Positions 62,554 to 64,000 of a DNA stretch of 64,000 bases are shown piece after piece. Source of the stretch: Macrostomum hystrix (Eukaryota > Animalia > Platyhelminthes); assembly GCA_950097015.1 (NCBI GenBank), contig CATNEN010000034.1:4030001-4094000 (forward strand), written 5' to 3'. The notes under the pieces were generated by a model, which saw only the letters and a program-made list of their open reading frames with translations, was not told where the DNA came from and searched no databases. Each line of letters starts with the position of its first letter. Within the stretch, counting starts at the first letter, position 1. The position numbers and the translations under genes were made by a program.

Positions 62554-64000
62554 ATGGCTACTTATAATTCAAAGAACAAATCCGTTGACGGCTGTGCTCA
62601 GCAAGAGTACTGGATCAACATTAGACAGCTCACATTTTATCCGAACGGATATCAGGGCCAACTCACAAAGCTTGGACTGCTCTGGAGGACATGCAGTGAA
62701 GATACGTTTCTTCGCCATGGTGGACGAGTTCCACCTGGACTCGAAGCATCCTGCCAGCTCTTTGTCTGCTTGGATTACTCAGCAGCAGTCGCTGCGTGCC
62801 TGCCTTCTGATATGAAGCGCTTGACTACAGCTCAGAAAGATCTGCTCTGGCCCGTCGGCTATTATAGCAGGCTGGGTCTGCTGGAGAGGGTTCTTCAGTT
62901 TGGAATGAATTGCAAAGTCGGCGACTGCGTGCTGGCTGTGAGCCCTTCCGGGAAGAAGCTGTGTAAGTATATTAATGTCAATTTTATTGAGAAGACTCAG
63001 TTCACGTTCTTTTATTATGATCATAATTTTTGCCAGTTTCCTTTGTTTTAACCTCCAGCTGAGCCTACAAAGTTCACAGTTCGATACAAAGGCCCTCTGC
63101 GTGAAGCAGACAGAGGCGGTGAATACACCGGCACTTTCTTCGGTCTGGTCAGTACCGAGCCCATCAAAAGTTCTGCAAACAACACGATTAGCTGCTTTGC
63201 TGATGTTTATTTCCCTGATGTAGTTCAGTATGCCAGACGGGAACGCACTGAAGCGGACCACCAGGCAGTGCTTTGCCATTTGGAGTGGATTGTCGCCCTG
63301 GTCGACAAGAAATTCGCACTGAAGGCTGGCGACAAAGTGCTCTGGTTCGTTGACGATCGGCCTGCGCCATTGCGAGGCGTTGTGGTTCGAATTTTAGATG
63401 AGAAATTTGCCATGGTGGACTTTGACATCGACGGGAAGAAGAAGCAGATGGACGTTGTGATCGAATCGCTCATGCTGGCATCGGATTTTGATATTGACAC
63501 TTCTGAAAGACCAGGTAAGGCAATTTTAGCATTGATCAGTAAGTTCAATGTATTGTTTTCTTCTAGGCACTAACTAGGGTTAGAGCGTCGGACTCACGAC
63601 TTGAAGGTCATGGGTTCGATTTCCGACTCGACTGGAACAATTCGTTTTCTACAGCTCACCCAGCTGTTAAATGCATTAGCTGGGGTAATTGAAAATTGGT
63701 GTGGGACCCTCAGTCCATGGACTGAACAGCCAAGAATTCAATGGGGAAAAAACAAGTATATTTTGCGTATTAAAGTCAAGTCGATTACAGTTGACATTTG
63801 CAGCTGAATGGATATTCCTTTTTCGATTATACAAATTCCAGCTTCTCCCAGCTTTTCCCAATTGCAATCGGATGCTTCAGCTGCCGCCGCTGCTGCCGAT
63901 CCTGACGCCGCTGCAGCTTCTGCGGCTGCCCCTGGCCAGCATCGACGACATCCGAGCGACTATGACAATGCCCCGCCTCAGCAGCAGCCGGTTGATCAGA
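62554..64000 (+). CDS. Tandem paralog of the CYLD-like gene, 5' part; continues beyond the window
   Basis: Exons 62554-62962 and 63059-63514 sit exactly 6876 bp downstream of their counterparts and are about 99% identical. The probable third exon starts at 63881 (AAAAAADPD..RRHPSDYDNAPPQQQ) and is unrelated to exon 3 of copy 1. Confidence 0.8.
63570..63700 (+). mobile_element. tRNA-headed SINE fragment, family C
   Basis: GTCGGACTCACGAC..GGGTTCGATTTCCGACTC..CACCCAGCTGTTAAATG, homologous to 41700-41830. Confidence 0.6.

Overview
Animal genomic DNA with short introns, GC-rich exons and AT-rich intergenic tracts. It resembles a free-living flatworm such as Macrostomum, but that is inference and was not verified. 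Eleven protein-coding loci were reconstructed by hand from GT-AG junctions and reading phase: CFAP58 (3'-truncated), a divergent Hv1/TMEM266-like voltage-sensor-only protein, UBE2Q, SCYL1, an acylated stathmin-like (STMND1/CCDC198-like) protein, a prepro-neuropeptide encoding 30 NGG(M/L)Famide peptides, a tightly packed minus-strand trio (SIM/C2H2 zinc finger, ETFRF1, DNAJC1), a CYLD-like CAP-Gly-like/pseudokinase fusion, and a near-identical partial tandem paralog that switches to a different downstream exon. Non-coding content: about 15 unrelated minisatellites (the source of most long spurious ORFs in the track), three tRNA-headed SINE families, three Mutator-like MITEs with 8-9 bp target-site duplications, and one decayed mariner. 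Most interesting: the unrecognised QYNGGMFamide precursor, the rewired Hv-like S4, the CYLD-like/pseudokinase duplication, a candidate trans-spliced operon, and two CpG-poor divergent intergenic domains that hold all 16 observed TAGGCCTA palindromes. No CRISPR array, rRNA or intact tRNA was seen.
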